Shown here: positions 1-11,622 of the stretch, piece by piece | Numbering within the stretch: the first letter of the stretch is position 1 | Layout: each line of letters starts with the position of its first letter | Assembly (NCBI GenBank): GCA_038142265.1 | Contig: JAYQJR010000007.1 | Span: 96,061 to 160,060, forward strand | Direction: 5' to 3' | Source: Pelagibacteraceae bacterium | Lineage (GTDB): Bacteria > Pseudomonadota > Alphaproteobacteria > Pelagibacterales > Pelagibacteraceae | Length of the DNA stretch: 64,000 nucleotides | The notes under the pieces: model-generated | The model's input: the letters and a program-made list of their open reading frames with translations, nothing else | What the model was told of the DNA's origin: nothing | The model's database searches: none | Program-made: the position numbers and the translations under genes

Positions 1-82
1 CCGATAACAATTAATTATCGGAATAAATAATACAACTATAATTAGATGTCAATACACTTGAAATTTAACTAATTAGATCAAC

Positions 83-457
83 ATGGAGCTTAAATTTAAG
101 AACGGATTAATTAAAATAAAGCCTATTGAGGATAACGATACGGCTAAAATAGCTATGAAATCATCAGGTTTTAAAGCTAAATTAAATACTTGGGGTGAAG
201 AGATATACTTTAAAACACCGTTTAAAGGGGTTAAATTGGATGATAAGGCCAGAGATTTAATCAATTTAGGTGAAATTGCTTATTGGGTTGAAGGAAACTC
301 AATAGCTATTGGTTTTGGACCTACTCCAGCATCAAAAGGTAAAGAAATTAGGTTAGTTTCGCCTACTAATATATGGGCTAAATTTGAATCTAATAAAATT
401 AATTTAGATATTTTGAGAAATCTAAATGATAGTGATATAGTTGAGTTTTTACCTTAA
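83..457 (+). CDS. Cyclophilin-like fold protein (DUF369/TM1367-like)
   Basis: WGEEIYF and GEIAYW...IAIGFGPTPAS motifs typical of the family. Confidence 0.75.
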   Translation: MELKFKNGLIKIKPIEDNDTAKIAMKSSGFKAKLNTWGEEIYFKTPFKGVKLDDKARDLINLGEIAYWVEGNSIAIGFGPTPASKGKEIRLVSPTNIWAKFESNKINLDILRNLNDSDIVEFLP

Positions 458-649
458 ATAATATAAAAAATATATATTAATCAATAATTTAATTAAAAAA
501 TATAATATTTTAAATTAATTTTAGTAAATAAATATATAAATAGAAAATTTTATATATATTTGAGATAATAGTCTTTATCCCAGGAATAAATAAAGATTTA
601 GCCATCTCAGTTTCTCCTGGGATACTAAAATAGTATTATTTATATAAAA

Positions 650-1264
650 TTACTCTTTAATTGAACCAGCTGACATTATAAATTTAGAAGCTTCTTCAAA
701 GCTCATATCTAAATAAATTACATCTTTTGTAGGAACAACTAGAAGAAAACCGCTAGTAGGATTTGGGGTGGTGGGAACAAAAATATTAACCATCTCCTCT
801 CCTACTTTTTTTGAAACCTCACCTTTATTGGAGCTTGTAGCAAAGCCAAGTGACCAAATTCCTTTTCTTGGATATTCTATTAGAACCATTCTTTTTTCGT
901 TATTTTCATCAGCTAAAGCAAAGCTTTTAGTAATTTGACCAAGACCTTTGTATATATTTCTTAAAACTGGAATACGTTCTAATAGTTTTTCGTTATATTT
1001 TAATAACCATTTACCAACAAAAGTTAATGATAGCATTCCAATAAAAGATATTAATATAAAGCTAATTAATATTTCCAAACCAGGGATATCAAATGGTAAA
1101 TAATAATTAGGATTTAATGTTTTAGGAAGTATGTTTGCAAAAAGCTTTTCAATAAAAAAAGCTAAATAAATAGTAGCACTTATAGGAATAAGAACGATAA
1201 CACCTGCTAAAAAATAGTTTCGAATTCTGGTTAAAAAGGGTTTTTTAACTTCAGGCTCTGACAT
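650..1264 (-). CDS. DUF502 family membrane protein
   Basis: Two N-terminal TM segments, then IEYPRKGIWSLGF and FVPTTPNPTSGFL. Confidence 0.9.
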   Translation of the reverse strand: MSEPEVKKPFLTRIRNYFLAGVIVLIPISATIYLAFFIEKLFANILPKTLNPNYYLPFDIPGLEILISFILISFIGMLSLTFVGKWLLKYNEKLLERIPVLRNIYKGLGQITKSFALADENNEKRMVLIEYPRKGIWSLGFATSSNKGEVSKKVGEEMVNIFVPTTPNPTSGFLLVVPTKDVIYLDMSFEEASKFIMSAGSIKE

Positions 1265-1404
1265 TCAGCTAGATTGTATGACCTGCTGAATAAATTATAA
1301 AAGCTAGTATTCAAAACCAGCATAACTATAAGAACTTTGTTATCTAAATTCATTTGAATCAATTGTTTAAATTATTAATAAATATATATATTATTTAATT
1401 TATA

Positions 1405-2233
1405 ATGAAAAGACGAGATTTTTTGACATATTTAGGCTGCGGGTGCTGCTCAGTCATGATCAGTTCTTGTGGTACAACACCAATAACACAAAGAAAACAA
1501 CTAAAAATTTATCCTGAGTCAGTAATAAACTCAAATGCTGCTAAGGCTTATGAGCAATTCAAGAAAAAAGCTAAAATTAGTAAAGATTTAGCAACTTAAA
1601 TATGATTAAAAGAATTGGTGCCAAAATGGAGAAAAAATCTATTTTTATTATTTTAAGAAAAAAAATTTTAAAGATCCTACCCAAAATTTTAAATGGGAAT
1701 ATATTTTGGTAGATGATGACAAGACACTAAATGCATGGTGTATGCCAGGTGGAAAAATTGCTGTATATTCAGGAATATTAAAAGTTACAAAAAATGAAGA
1801 TGGTCTTGCCAATGTTATGGGTCATGAAATTGGGCATGCGGTAGCAAAACATTCTGTTGAAAGAGCAAGTGCAGCGATGGTTTTAAATGTTGGAACTTTT
1901 GTTGGTGATATATTGTCTGGAGGTGTAATAAGCAGAACTAGAAATACTGTTGGACAAAATACAGGAGTAGATATTTTACAAGTGGGTATATTCAATCCTT
2001 TTACTAGAGCCCAAGAATCTGAAGCTGATTATTTAGGTTTGGCATTTTGTTCTTTAACAGGATACAATTTGTATGAAGGCGCAGAGCTTTGGAAAAGAAT
2101 GAAAGAAGAAATGAAAGGTAAAGAAATACCTCAATTTTTAAGCACCCACCCGTCTCCTTCGAATAGAATAAGACAAATAAGAAATTGGATACCTCAAATA
2201 AGAATGCAATTTCCTAAAATAAAAAATATCTAA
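1405..2233 (+). CDS. M48 family zinc metallopeptidase, lipoprotein (frameshifted, probably sequencing error)
   Basis: NAWCMPGGKIAVYSG, HEIGH, ESEAD, STHP motifs; N-terminal piece 1405-1599 is in a different frame. Confidence 0.85.
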
Positions 2234-2361
2234 ATCTTCTTAATTTTTTTGAAAGCTTTGGAGAGACATCTATCACAATAAGTTCTTTTTTTATCTCTGT
2301 AATCTTGAATAGTAACTTTTACTCTTTGTTTACACTTAAAGCAGTTTAAGTAATAAAACAT
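2230..2361 (-). CDS. 43-aa CxxC-x18-CxxC putative zinc-ribbon microprotein (not in ORF track)
   Basis: Manual translation MFYYLNCFKCKQRVKVTIQDYRDKKRTYCDRCLSKAFKKIKKI; fills the gap exactly; stop overlaps the M48 stop. Confidence 0.65.
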   Translation of the reverse strand: MFYYLNCFKCKQRVKVTIQDYRDKKRTYCDRCLSKAFKKIKKI

Positions 2362-2369
2362 ATATTTAT

Positions 2370-2445
<76 letters not shown>

Positions 2446-2516
2446 ACTTTTTCAACATTTTAAAACAAGTTGAGACTGACCTGTATTAAAAAAAATTAGA
2501 TAATTCAAGCTTTTTA

Positions 2517-3623
2517 TCAACTATTTAACCTTTCAAAATGTTGATTAAAAAATTCTTGAAACTTAAATTCACTAATTGATTGTCTGATCTTGGACATTAA
2601 ATCTTGATAAAAGGCAATATTGTGCCAAGTCAATAATGTAGATGCTAATATTTCATTACAATTAAACAAATGGTTAATATAATTTTTTGAATATAATTGT
2701 GATGCTGGACAATTTACTCTTGTATCAATTGGACTATCATCTTTAGCATATTTTGCATTTCTTAGATTAATTTTTCCGTCCCAAGTAAAAGCTAATCCAG
2801 TTCTACCTGTTCTGGTAGGTAATACACAATCAAACATATCTATACCTCTCTTAACAGCTCCTAATAAATCACCCGGTGTTCCTGTTCCCATCAAATACCT
2901 TGGCTTATTTTTAGGCATTAATACAGAAATTTCTTCAACAGTTTCAAACATTTCGTTTTGCGTTTCTCCAACTGCCAAACCTCCTAACGCATAACCATTA
3001 AAATCTATATCTTGCAGTTCCGTTAAACAAATTTTTCTCAAATCTTTAAAAATACCACCCTGCACTATTCCAAATAAATATTTGTCTTTATTTAAACCAA
3101 ATTCATCTTTTGATCTCTTGGCCCATCTTAATGATAAATTCATTGAGTCTTCTATTCTTTTTTTATCTTTTGAATATTCAGGGCATTCATCAAAAACCAT
3201 TACAATGTCAGCATTTAATTTTTTTTGAATATCGATGCTAATTTCAGGAGATATAAAAATTTTTTTTCCATCTATATGTGAATTAAATGTTGCACCTTCT
3301 TCAGTAATTTTTGTATTTTTAGATAAAGACATAACCTGAAAACCACCAGAGTCAGTTAATATAGGCTTGCTATAATTCATAAACTTATGAAGACCACCTA
3401 CTCTTTCAATTCTCTCAACTCCAGGTCTCAGAAAAAGATGATATGTATTACATAATATTACTTCAGAACCAGTCTGATTAACTTGATCAACTGTTAAAGC
3501 TTTTACAGTTGCAGCTGTACCTACTGGCATAAATGCAGGGGTATTAATAATCCCTCTTTTTGTAATTATTTTCCCTAATCTTGCATTACTGTCTTCACTA
3601 ACTAATGAAAACGATATGGACAT
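2517..3623 (-). CDS. tgt: tRNA-guanine transglycosylase
   Basis: TPAFMPVGT, TDSGGFQ, GGLAVGE, DMFDCVLPTR. Confidence 0.97.
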   Translation of the reverse strand: MSISFSLVSEDSNARLGKIITKRGIINTPAFMPVGTAATVKALTVDQVNQTGSEVILCNTYHLFLRPGVERIERVGGLHKFMNYSKPILTDSGGFQVMSLSKNTKITEEGATFNSHIDGKKIFISPEISIDIQKKLNADIVMVFDECPEYSKDKKRIEDSMNLSLRWAKRSKDEFGLNKDKYLFGIVQGGIFKDLRKICLTELQDIDFNGYALGGLAVGETQNEMFETVEEISVLMPKNKPRYLMGTGTPGDLLGAVKRGIDMFDCVLPTRTGRTGLAFTWDGKINLRNAKYAKDDSPIDTRVNCPASQLYSKNYINHLFNCNEILASTLLTWHNIAFYQDLMSKIRQSISEFKFQEFFNQHFERLNS

Positions 3624-3626
3624 TAA

Positions 3627-4190
3627 CTATTTAAGTTCTGTAATGCTTTCAATAATATCTGGTTGATCAACTGAACCTGATCCTGAAGCCCCTTTTTTAA
3701 TTTGATCAACAAATTCCATACCAGATAAAACTTTTCCAAAGACTGTGTATTGTCTATCCAAATGAGGGTGGCTAGCAAAACAAATAAAAAACTGGCTATT
3801 AGCACTATCTGGGCTCATCGATCTTGCCATTGATAGTATTCCTCTTTCATGAGGTATATCATTAAACTCGGCTTTCAAATCTGGTAAATCTGACCCACCA
3901 GTTCCAACCATCCCAGGATTAAATCCTTTTTTGGTATTTCCATGCTTAACATCTCCTGTTTGAGCCATAAAACCATCAATAACTCTATGAAAAGCTACTC
4001 CATTGTATGAACCATTATTTACAAGTTCTAATATTCTTGCAACATGATTAGGTGAAACATCTTTGAATAATTCAATTTTTACATCACCATATTTAAGTTT
4101 CATTAAAATTTTTGGATTTTCCATTGCTACTCCTTTAGTTAAAATTGTAAAAAATAAAAAAAATAGGAAAAAAAATCTTTTACAATTCAT
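3627..4190 (-). CDS. Cyclophilin-type peptidyl-prolyl isomerase with signal peptide
   Basis: FHRVIDGFMAQTGD, SMARS, SANSQFFI, YTVFGKV. Confidence 0.95.
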   Translation of the reverse strand: MNCKRFFFLFFLFFTILTKGVAMENPKILMKLKYGDVKIELFKDVSPNHVARILELVNNGSYNGVAFHRVIDGFMAQTGDVKHGNTKKGFNPGMVGTGGSDLPDLKAEFNDIPHERGILSMARSMSPDSANSQFFICFASHPHLDRQYTVFGKVLSGMEFVDQIKKGASGSGSVDQPDIIESITELK

Positions 4191-4687
4191 TATTTATATT
4201 TTTTTTTTAGAAAACTTACTGCAGACTTTGGTGCAAATTGAGAAACATCTCCCTTTAACGAAGCAATTTCTTTAACCATATTTGAAGATATAACTTGATT
4301 GTTAATATCAGCCATTAAAAAAATTGTTTGAATACTTGAATTAAGTTTGCTGTTCATTCCTGACAGCTGGAATTCATATTCAAAATCACCAACAACTCTT
4401 AGTCCCCTTACGATGATTGTTGCTTTAATTTTTTTACAATAATTAACTGTTAAATCTGAAATCAGAACAATTTTAATCTTTTTTCTAATTGGTAGTGGTA
4501 GCTCTTTTAATGCACTGTTAATTATAGAAACTCTTTCTTTTGGTTTGAAAAGAGTTTTTTTTGATCTGTTGTTAGCCACACCAATGTAAAGATTGTCAAC
4601 AATTTTTGCGGCACGCTTGATAATATCCAAATGTCCAAAAGTAATGGGGTCAAAAGTACCTGGATACAAAGCAATATTATTAGACAT
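4190..4687 (-). CDS. coaD: Phosphopantetheine adenylyltransferase
   Basis: [20 protein letters not shown]...DFEYE. Confidence 0.97.
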   Translation of the reverse strand: MSNNIALYPGTFDPITFGHLDIIKRAAKIVDNLYIGVANNRSKKTLFKPKERVSIINSALKELPLPIRKKIKIVLISDLTVNYCKKIKATIIVRGLRVVGDFEYEFQLSGMNSKLNSSIQTIFLMADINNQVISSNMVKEIASLKGDVSQFAPKSAVSFLKKKYK

Positions 4688-7265
4688 CCGTTTCAGCCAA
4701 TCTTACTGCAGTAACAACTTTTTCATCACTAGAGGTTTTAAATATTCTTACACCTTGCGTATTTCTACCTGCGACTCTTATTTCATTAACATTCACTCTA
4801 ATCATTTGACCTTTATTAGTTACAAGCATGATATCATCTTCAGAGCTTATTGGAAATGAAGCTGATACGTTTCCATTTCTATCTGTTGTAGCAATATTGA
4901 TTATTCCTTGTCCACCTCTACCAGTTTCTCTATATTCGTATGATGAAGATCTTTTACCATATCCATTTTCTGTTACTGTTAAAATAAATTCTTCATTAGA
5001 TTTCATCTCATCATATTTTGAAAATTTTTTTCCTCTAAAATAATTATCAATTTCATCAGCGCTATATATATTTTTATTTAATGTAGATAAAGAAACGACA
5101 TAATCATCTTTTTTTAAATTAATTCCTTTTACACCTTTGGAACTTCTACCTTTAAATAATCTTATTTTTTTACTATTAACTCTTAAACTTTTTCCATGAA
5201 ATGAATTTATCATTACATCATTTGACTTATCTAAGAGTTTTACAGATACAATTTTATCATCCTTATCTAATTTCATCGCTATTTTTCCGTTTGATTGTAT
5301 ATTTTTAAAGTCTTCTAAATTATTTTTTCGAATCTTTCCTAACTTGGTTATGAAAATAATTTCAAGTTTGTCCCAATCATTTTCATCTTCAGGTAGGGGC
5401 ATGATTGAAGAAACATAATCATCTGAAGATAATGGAAAAATATTATGTAAAGATTTACCTTTAGAAATATTTGATCCCTCAGGTATTTTCCATGTTTTAA
5501 TTTTATATACTGTTCCTTTGTTAGAAAAAAACAAAACAGGAGTTAAAGTATTTACTGAAAATAGTTGAGAAACAAAATCTTCCTCGCGTGTTACAATTCC
5601 GATCCTTCCTTTTCCTCCCCTTTTTTGGGTTTTAATTGAAGTAACAGGAGTTCTTTTAATATAGCCTTTATTAGTAACAGTAACTACAACTTGTTCTTTT
5701 TGTATAACATCTTCAATTTCTACTGAATCAACAGAATCTACTATTTTTGTTTTTCTCGGAGTAGAAAATTTGTCTTTTATTAAAATCAGTTCTTTTTTTA
5801 TAGAATTTAATAATTCATTTCTATCATTTAATATTTTTTTTAATGATAAAATTAAATTATGAAGATCTTTTAGTTCATTATTAATTTCGTCATAACCTAT
5901 TGCGGTTAACTTTTGCAATCTTAATTCTAAAATTGCCTTAACTTGATAATCAGTTAGACTGTATTCGGTAATTTTATCCAATTCATTTACAGATAAAATA
6001 TCTTTGCTTAATTTTGATTTTTTAAAATTCCATTTTTTATTTAATAGTTTTGATTTTGCTTCAGCTGGTGTTTTTGATTGTCTAATAATTGCAATAACTT
6101 CATCAATATTTTCAATTGCCATAAAAAGACCAATTAAAATATGGGATCTGTCTTTAGCTTTTTTTAAATCATAAAGAGTTCTTTTTATTACTGTTTTTTC
6201 CCTAAATTTTACAAAAATTTCAATAAATTGTTTAAGATTTAATAGCTCTGGTTTTTTCTCATTTATTGCAAGTGTATTAAAACCAAAAGAACTTTCCAAA
6301 GGTGAAAATTTATATAACTGATTAATGATTACATTTTCATTAATATTTTTTCTTGTCTCTATAACAATTCTAACACCTTCTTTGTTTGTTTCATCTCTTA
6401 AATCAGCAACACCTTCAATTTTTTTATCTCTAATAAGTAAAGCAATTTTTTCTATAAGAGCTGTTTTATTTATTTGGTATGGCACAGATTTAATAACTAA
6501 AAGTTTTCTATCTCTGGTACCCTCTTCAACTTCCACTTCTCCCCTTAGCTTTATTGAACCTCTGCCTTTTTCATAACCATTTTTAATTTCACTTTTGCCC
6601 AAAATAATTCCACCTGTAGGAAAATCTGGTCCTGGAATTTTTTTCATTAACTCAGCAACAGTTATTTTTTCATTGTTTAAATATTCTAAAGTTGCATCAA
6701 TAACCTCCCCCAAATTATGCGGTGGTATATTGGTGGCCATACCGACAGCAATTCCACCTGCTCCATTAACTAATAAATTTGGAAACTGTGCGGGCAAAAC
6801 AGTAGGTTCAGTTTCGGTATCGTCATAATTATTTTGGAATGACACTGTATTTTTATCAATATCTGATACTAAAAATTCAGAAATTTTTGCTAATTTGGTT
6901 TCGGTATACCTCATAGCTGCAGCACGATCGCCATCCAATGATCCAAAATTACCCTGACCATCAAGAAGCTTGGTATTCATTGAAAAATCTTGTGCTAATC
7001 TTACTAGAGCATCATAAACAGCTTGATCTCCATGAGGGTGATATTTACCAATTACATCCCCTACTACTCTTGCCGATTTTCTAAATTGTTTAGACCAATC
7101 ATAACCACCTCTATACATAGCGTAAATTATTCTTCTATGTACTGGCTTCAATCCATCTCTAGCGTCAGGTAATGCTCTAGAGACTATTACACTCATGGCG
7201 TAAGAGAGATAAGATGTTTTCATCTCATCACTAATGTTTCTAATACCAATTTTTTTTATGGACAT
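4680..7265 (-). CDS. gyrA: DNA gyrase subunit A
   Basis: [29 protein letters not shown], GyrA-box QKRGGKG. Confidence 0.98.
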   Translation of the reverse strand: MSIKKIGIRNISDEMKTSYLSYAMSVIVSRALPDARDGLKPVHRRIIYAMYRGGYDWSKQFRKSARVVGDVIGKYHPHGDQAVYDALVRLAQDFSMNTKLLDGQGNFGSLDGDRAAAMRYTETKLAKISEFLVSDIDKNTVSFQNNYDDTETEPTVLPAQFPNLLVNGAGGIAVGMATNIPPHNLGEVIDATLEYLNNEKITVAELMKKIPGPDFPTGGIILGKSEIKNGYEKGRGSIKLRGEVEVEEGTRDRKLLVIKSVPYQINKTALIEKIALLIRDKKIEGVADLRDETNKEGVRIVIETRKNINENVIINQLYKFSPLESSFGFNTLAINEKKPELLNLKQFIEIFVKFREKTVIKRTLYDLKKAKDRSHILIGLFMAIENIDEVIAIIRQSKTPAEAKSKLLNKKWNFKKSKLSKDILSVNELDKITEYSLTDYQVKAILELRLQKLTAIGYDEINNELKDLHNLILSLKKILNDRNELLNSIKKELILIKDKFSTPRKTKIVDSVDSVEIEDVIQKEQVVVTVTNKGYIKRTPVTSIKTQKRGGKGRIGIVTREEDFVSQLFSVNTLTPVLFFSNKGTVYKIKTWKIPEGSNISKGKSLHNIFPLSSDDYVSSIMPLPEDENDWDKLEIIFITKLGKIRKNNLEDFKNIQSNGKIAMKLDKDDKIVSVKLLDKSNDVMINSFHGKSLRVNSKKIRLFKGRSSKGVKGINLKKDDYVVSLSTLNKNIYSADEIDNYFRGKKFSKYDEMKSNEEFILTVTENGYGKRSSSYEYRETGRGGQGIINIATTDRNGNVSASFPISSEDDIMLVTNKGQMIRVNVNEIRVAGRNTQGVRIFKTSSDEKVVTAVRLAETDV

Positions 7266-7276
7266 TTAAAACTTGT

Positions 7277-7744
7277 TTAAAATGGAACTTCGTCGTCTAA
7301 GTCGTTTGAAGATATTTGATTATCAGATGGTAAGGAGCTTTGATCTTGGTTCATATTCGAGTCTTCAATCTTATTAGAAGAGCCTGATCCAGATCCACCA
7401 CCAAGCATAGTTAAAGTAGAATTATAACCTTGCAGTACTATTTGAGTACTATATTTTTCTTGACCATTATTATCTGTATACTTTGTAGTTTGAATTTGTC
7501 CTTCGATATAAATTTGAGCACCTTTTTTTAAATATTGTTGAACCACATTAACCAGACCTTCGTTGAAAATTACAACTCTATGCCATTCTGTTTTTTCTTT
7601 TCTTTCGCCCGAGTTCTTGTCTTTCCATGTTTCTGAGGTGGCTAGGCTTAGTCTAGCAACACTTTTTCCATTAGACATTTGCTTGATCTCGGGATCATTG
7701 CCTAATCTTCCAATTAATAATACTTTGTTAAGACTTCCTGCCAT
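7277..7744 (-). CDS. ssb: Single-stranded DNA-binding protein
   Basis: NKVLLIGRLGNDPE, TEWHRV, C-terminal DDEVPF. Confidence 0.98.
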   Translation of the reverse strand: MAGSLNKVLLIGRLGNDPEIKQMSNGKSVARLSLATSETWKDKNSGERKEKTEWHRVVIFNEGLVNVVQQYLKKGAQIYIEGQIQTTKYTDNNGQEKYSTQIVLQGYNSTLTMLGGGSGSGSSNKIEDSNMNQDQSSLPSDNQISSNDLDDEVPF

Positions 7745-7833
7745 AAATGTTAATATAAGTGATTTAAAATTGCTTTAATCTATCATATATCGGCTCTATA
7801 TTTAACTAATTTATAATTAATTCATCAACAGGC

Positions 7834-10719
7834 ATGCTAAAAAACATCGTAGTTAAAGGGGCTAAAGAGCACAATTTAAAAAATTTATCTGTAGAGATTC
7901 CAAGAGATAAATTTGTCGTAATAACCGGACTTTCTGGATCAGGAAAATCATCATTAGCATTCGATACGATATATGCCGAAGGTCAGAGAAGATACGTTGA
8001 GAGCTTATCTGCGTATGCAAGACAATTTCTTGATAAAATGAAAAAACCAAATGTAGATTTAATAGAGGGTCTCTCTCCAGCTATATCTATAGAACAAAAA
8101 ACAACGTCAAAAAATCCAAGATCAATTGTTGCAACGGTTACTGAAATTTATGACTATATGAGAGTACTCTATGCAAGAGTTGGTGTACCCTATTCCCCAT
8201 TTACTGGTAAGCCAATAAAATCTCAAACTGTATCTGAAATAGTAGACCGTATTTTAAAAATACCAAAACCATCAAGAGTAATAATTTATTCACCTTTGGT
8301 TAGAGGAAGAAAAGGTGAATATAAAAAAGAATTTTTATCATTAAAAAAACAAGGTTACGAAAAAGTAAGAATTAATGAAAAAATTTATGATTTAGATGAC
8401 GCGCCAACTCTAAATAAGAAACTAAAACACTATATTGATGTTGAAGTTGATACTTTTAATAATAAAAAAGATGATATTAAAAGAATATCTGAAAGTGTAG
8501 AAAACGCTTTAAGACTTTCTGATGGTCTTGTTTATGTAGAATACATAAATGAAAACATTCCTAAAGAACATCAAAAAACAGAAAAATATATTTTCTCATC
8601 AAAGTTTGCCTGTCCTGAAAGTGGCTTTACAATTGAAGAAATAGAACCAAGGTTATTTTCGTTCAATTCACCTTTTGGTGCGTGTACAGAGTGTGATGGA
8701 TTGGGTATGGATTTGTATGTTGACCCTAAACTTGTTGTACCAGATGAAAAAATAAGTCTTGCAGACGGTTGTATTAAGCCATGGTCAAATAGTTCATCTT
8801 TGTATTATGCACAAACATTATCTTCATTAGCAAAACATTATAAATTTTCATTAACTGACCCATGGAAAAAAATTTCAAAAAAAATTCAGGATATAATTTT
8901 GTATGGTTCAGGTGATGAGGAAATAAAATTTTCATATGATGATGGTTATGGAAAATATTCAAATTCTAAAACATTTGAAGGAGTCGTTAATAATCTAGAA
9001 AGAAAGTATTTAGAAACTGAGAGTGACTGGAAAAGAGAAGAAATATCTCAATATCAAAGTGAAAAAGAATGTGAAGGATGTAAAGGGCAAAGACTAAAAG
9101 AAGAAGCTTTATGTGTAAAAATCAATAATAAAAATATAAGCGAAGTTACAAAACTATCTATTAAACAAGCAAATAAATGGTTTGTTGATTTACCAAAATC
9201 TCTATCCGAAAAAGAAAATGAAATTGCTTTACATGTACTTAAGGAAATTAATGAAAGATTAAAATTTCTTGTAAATGTAGGTTTAGATTATTTAAATTTG
9301 TCTAGAGCATCTGGAACTTTATCAGGCGGTGAGTCACAGAGAATAAGATTAGCATCACAAATAGGATCTGGGTTGCAAGGTGTTCTTTATGTTTTAGACG
9401 AACCATCAATCGGTTTACATCAAAAAGATAATATTAAATTATTAGATGCTTTAAAAAGATTAAGAGATTTAGGTAATTCTGTAATTGTTGTTGAGCATGA
9501 TGAAGAAGCAATGCTTAATTCAGATTGGATAATTGATATTGGTCCAGAAGCTGGAATAAATGGTGGAAAAATTGTAGCTGAAGGAACGTCTGAACAAATT
9601 AAAAATAATAAAAATAGTATTACAGGTGACTATTTGTCTGGAAAAAAATTTATATCAATACCTCAAAATAGAAGATCTGCCAAAAATGGAAGATTTTTGC
9701 AATTAACAGGATGTACCGGCAACAATCTTAAAAATGTAAATTTGCAAATTCCTCTCGGCACATTCACTTGTGTTACAGGTGTTTCAGGAAGTGGAAAATC
9801 AACAGCTGTTCTTCATACTTTGTACAGAGCTTTAAATTTGATGATAAACAAATCTTTTTCAAGACAAATGCCGCAGCCCTTCAAAGGAATAAAAGGGTTT
9901 GAGTATTTAGATAAAATAATTGACATCGACCAATCGCCAATAGGAAGAACTCCTAGATCAAATCCAGCGACGTACTCAGGAGCTTTCACGCCAATAAGGG
10001 ATTGGTTTTCAGCACTTCCTGAAGCTAAAAGTCGTGGCTACAAACCTGGAAGGTTTTCTTTCAACGTAAAAGGAGGAAGATGTGAAGCTTGTGAAGGAGA
10101 CGGAGTAATAACTTATGAAATGCATTTTTTACCTGATGTTTTTGTACAATGTGACGTTTGCAAAGGAAAAAGATACAACAGAGAAACCTTAAGTGTTACA
10201 TACAAAGATAAAAGCATAGCTGATGTCTTGGATATGAGTGTTGATGAAGGTGTTAGTTTTTTTGAAAATATTCCAGTCATTAAAGATAAATTATTAACTC
10301 TTCAAAAAGTAGGTTTAGGATATATTAAGATAGGTCAGCAAGCCACTACGTTATCTGGTGGCGAAGCTCAAAGGATAAAGTTAGCTAAAGAATTATCAAA
10401 AAGATCTACGGGAAGAACAATATATATTCTTGATGAACCTACCACAGGTTTACATGCTCATGATATAAAAAAGCTTTTAGAAGTACTTCAGGCTTTTGTA
10501 TTGAAAGGAAATACAGTTGTTGTAATTGAACACAATATGGATGTCATAAAGACCGCTGATTGGATTGTTGATATGGGACCTGACGGTGGTGATAATGGAG
10601 GTAATATATTATTCCAGGGAAAACCTGAAGATTTAATTAATATAAAAGAAAGCTACACTGCCCAATATTTAGAAAAAATTATAAAATCACAAAAAGTAAA
10701 AATAAAAAAAATTGCCTAA
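7834..10719 (+). CDS. uvrA: Excinuclease ABC subunit A
   Basis: Two Walker A motifs ([16 protein letters not shown]), two LSGGE signatures. Confidence 0.98.
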   Translation: MLKNIVVKGAKEHNLKNLSVEIPRDKFVVITGLSGSGKSSLAFDTIYAEGQRRYVESLSAYARQFLDKMKKPNVDLIEGLSPAISIEQKTTSKNPRSIVATVTEIYDYMRVLYARVGVPYSPFTGKPIKSQTVSEIVDRILKIPKPSRVIIYSPLVRGRKGEYKKEFLSLKKQGYEKVRINEKIYDLDDAPTLNKKLKHYIDVEVDTFNNKKDDIKRISESVENALRLSDGLVYVEYINENIPKEHQKTEKYIFSSKFACPESGFTIEEIEPRLFSFNSPFGACTECDGLGMDLYVDPKLVVPDEKISLADGCIKPWSNSSSLYYAQTLSSLAKHYKFSLTDPWKKISKKIQDIILYGSGDEEIKFSYDDGYGKYSNSKTFEGVVNNLERKYLETESDWKREEISQYQSEKECEGCKGQRLKEEALCVKINNKNISEVTKLSIKQANKWFVDLPKSLSEKENEIALHVLKEINERLKFLVNVGLDYLNLSRASGTLSGGESQRIRLASQIGSGLQGVLYVLDEPSIGLHQKDNIKLLDALKRLRDLGNSVIVVEHDEEAMLNSDWIIDIGPEAGINGGKIVAEGTSEQIKNNKNSITGDYLSGKKFISIPQNRRSAKNGRFLQLTGCTGNNLKNVNLQIPLGTFTCVTGVSGSGKSTAVLHTLYRALNLMINKSFSRQMPQPFKGIKGFEYLDKIIDIDQSPIGRTPRSNPATYSGAFTPIRDWFSALPEAKSRGYKPGRFSFNVKGGRCEACEGDGVITYEMHFLPDVFVQCDVCKGKRYNRETLSVTYKDKSIADVLDMSVDEGVSFFENIPVIKDKLLTLQKVGLGYIKIGQQATTLSGGEAQRIKLAKELSKRSTGRTIYILDEPTTGLHAHDIKKLLEVLQAFVLKGNTVVVIEHNMDVIKTADWIVDMGPDGGDNGGNILFQGKPEDLINIKESYTAQYLEKIIKSQKVKIKKIA

Positions 10720-11622
10720 GGCGTATTGTCAACAACTTCTGACCAATCTCGTTTTACATTAAAAATTAAAATTAGAGGCGAAGCTATAAATATTGAAGAA
10801 TAAGTTCCTACAATTACGCCCCATATCATAGCAAAAGAAAAACCTTTTAAAATTTCACCTCCAAATACATATATGGAAACTAAAGCTAATAATGTCGTAA
10901 TTGATGTTTTTAAAGTTCTTGGTAAGGTTTCATTTACAGAACGATTAATTAACTCAACTAAAGAAGAGTTTTCATCTTTTTTAAATTTTCTCTAATTCTA
11001 TCATAAATTACTACAGTATCGTTCATTGAGTAACCAACAATTGTTAAAATAGCTGCAATAATAGATAAGTTAAACTCAAAATTTAAAAAACTAAATACGC
11101 CAAGTGTAAACAAAACGTCATGAATAAGGGCAATAATAGCTCCCAAACTAAACTGCCATTCAAATCTTAACCAAATATAAAACAACATTAAAACTAAAGC
11201 TATAAGAACAGCGTATGTGCCGCTTTTGGCTAGTTCACCACTTACTTTTGGACCGACAACCTCAACTCTTCTAAAATTTATTTTTTTATTAAGATCAGCT
11301 TCTAATTTTTTTTGAATTTCTAATACAAAATTATTATTTTCACCTTTCTTTTCAAAAACAGCCAAAAAAGTAGAATTATCACCAAATTCTTTTACCTTCA
11401 CATCTCCTAAATTATAATCGCTAAGCTTAGAACGTATTTGATTTGCAGAAAATTGATTCTCAAATTTCATTTCAATGATCGTCCCACCCTTAAAGTCTAT
11501 TCCAAGATTTAAACCTTTAAAAAAAGCAAGAAAATAGATAGCAAAATATAAATTAATGAAAAAAAATAAAATTTTTTATAATTCTGAATAAACGGAATAT
11601 TTTTATTATATATATTAAACAT
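10716..11622 (-). CDS. secF: Protein translocase subunit SecF (at least two frameshifts, probably sequencing error)
   Basis: [41 protein letters not shown] in successive frames; ATG overlaps the secD stop. Confidence 0.92.

Noticed and set aside
1231-1353. 40-codon minus-strand ORF and a 7-bp hairpin (ATTCAGC/GCTGAAT) at the DUF502 start
   Set aside because: No SD or motif; TACAAT 8 nt before the ATG is more simply a -10 element for a near-leaderless mRNA.
7745-7833. LexA box expected in the ssb/uvrA divergent region
   Set aside because: No GTTC-N7-GTTC or GAAC-N7-GAAC is present.
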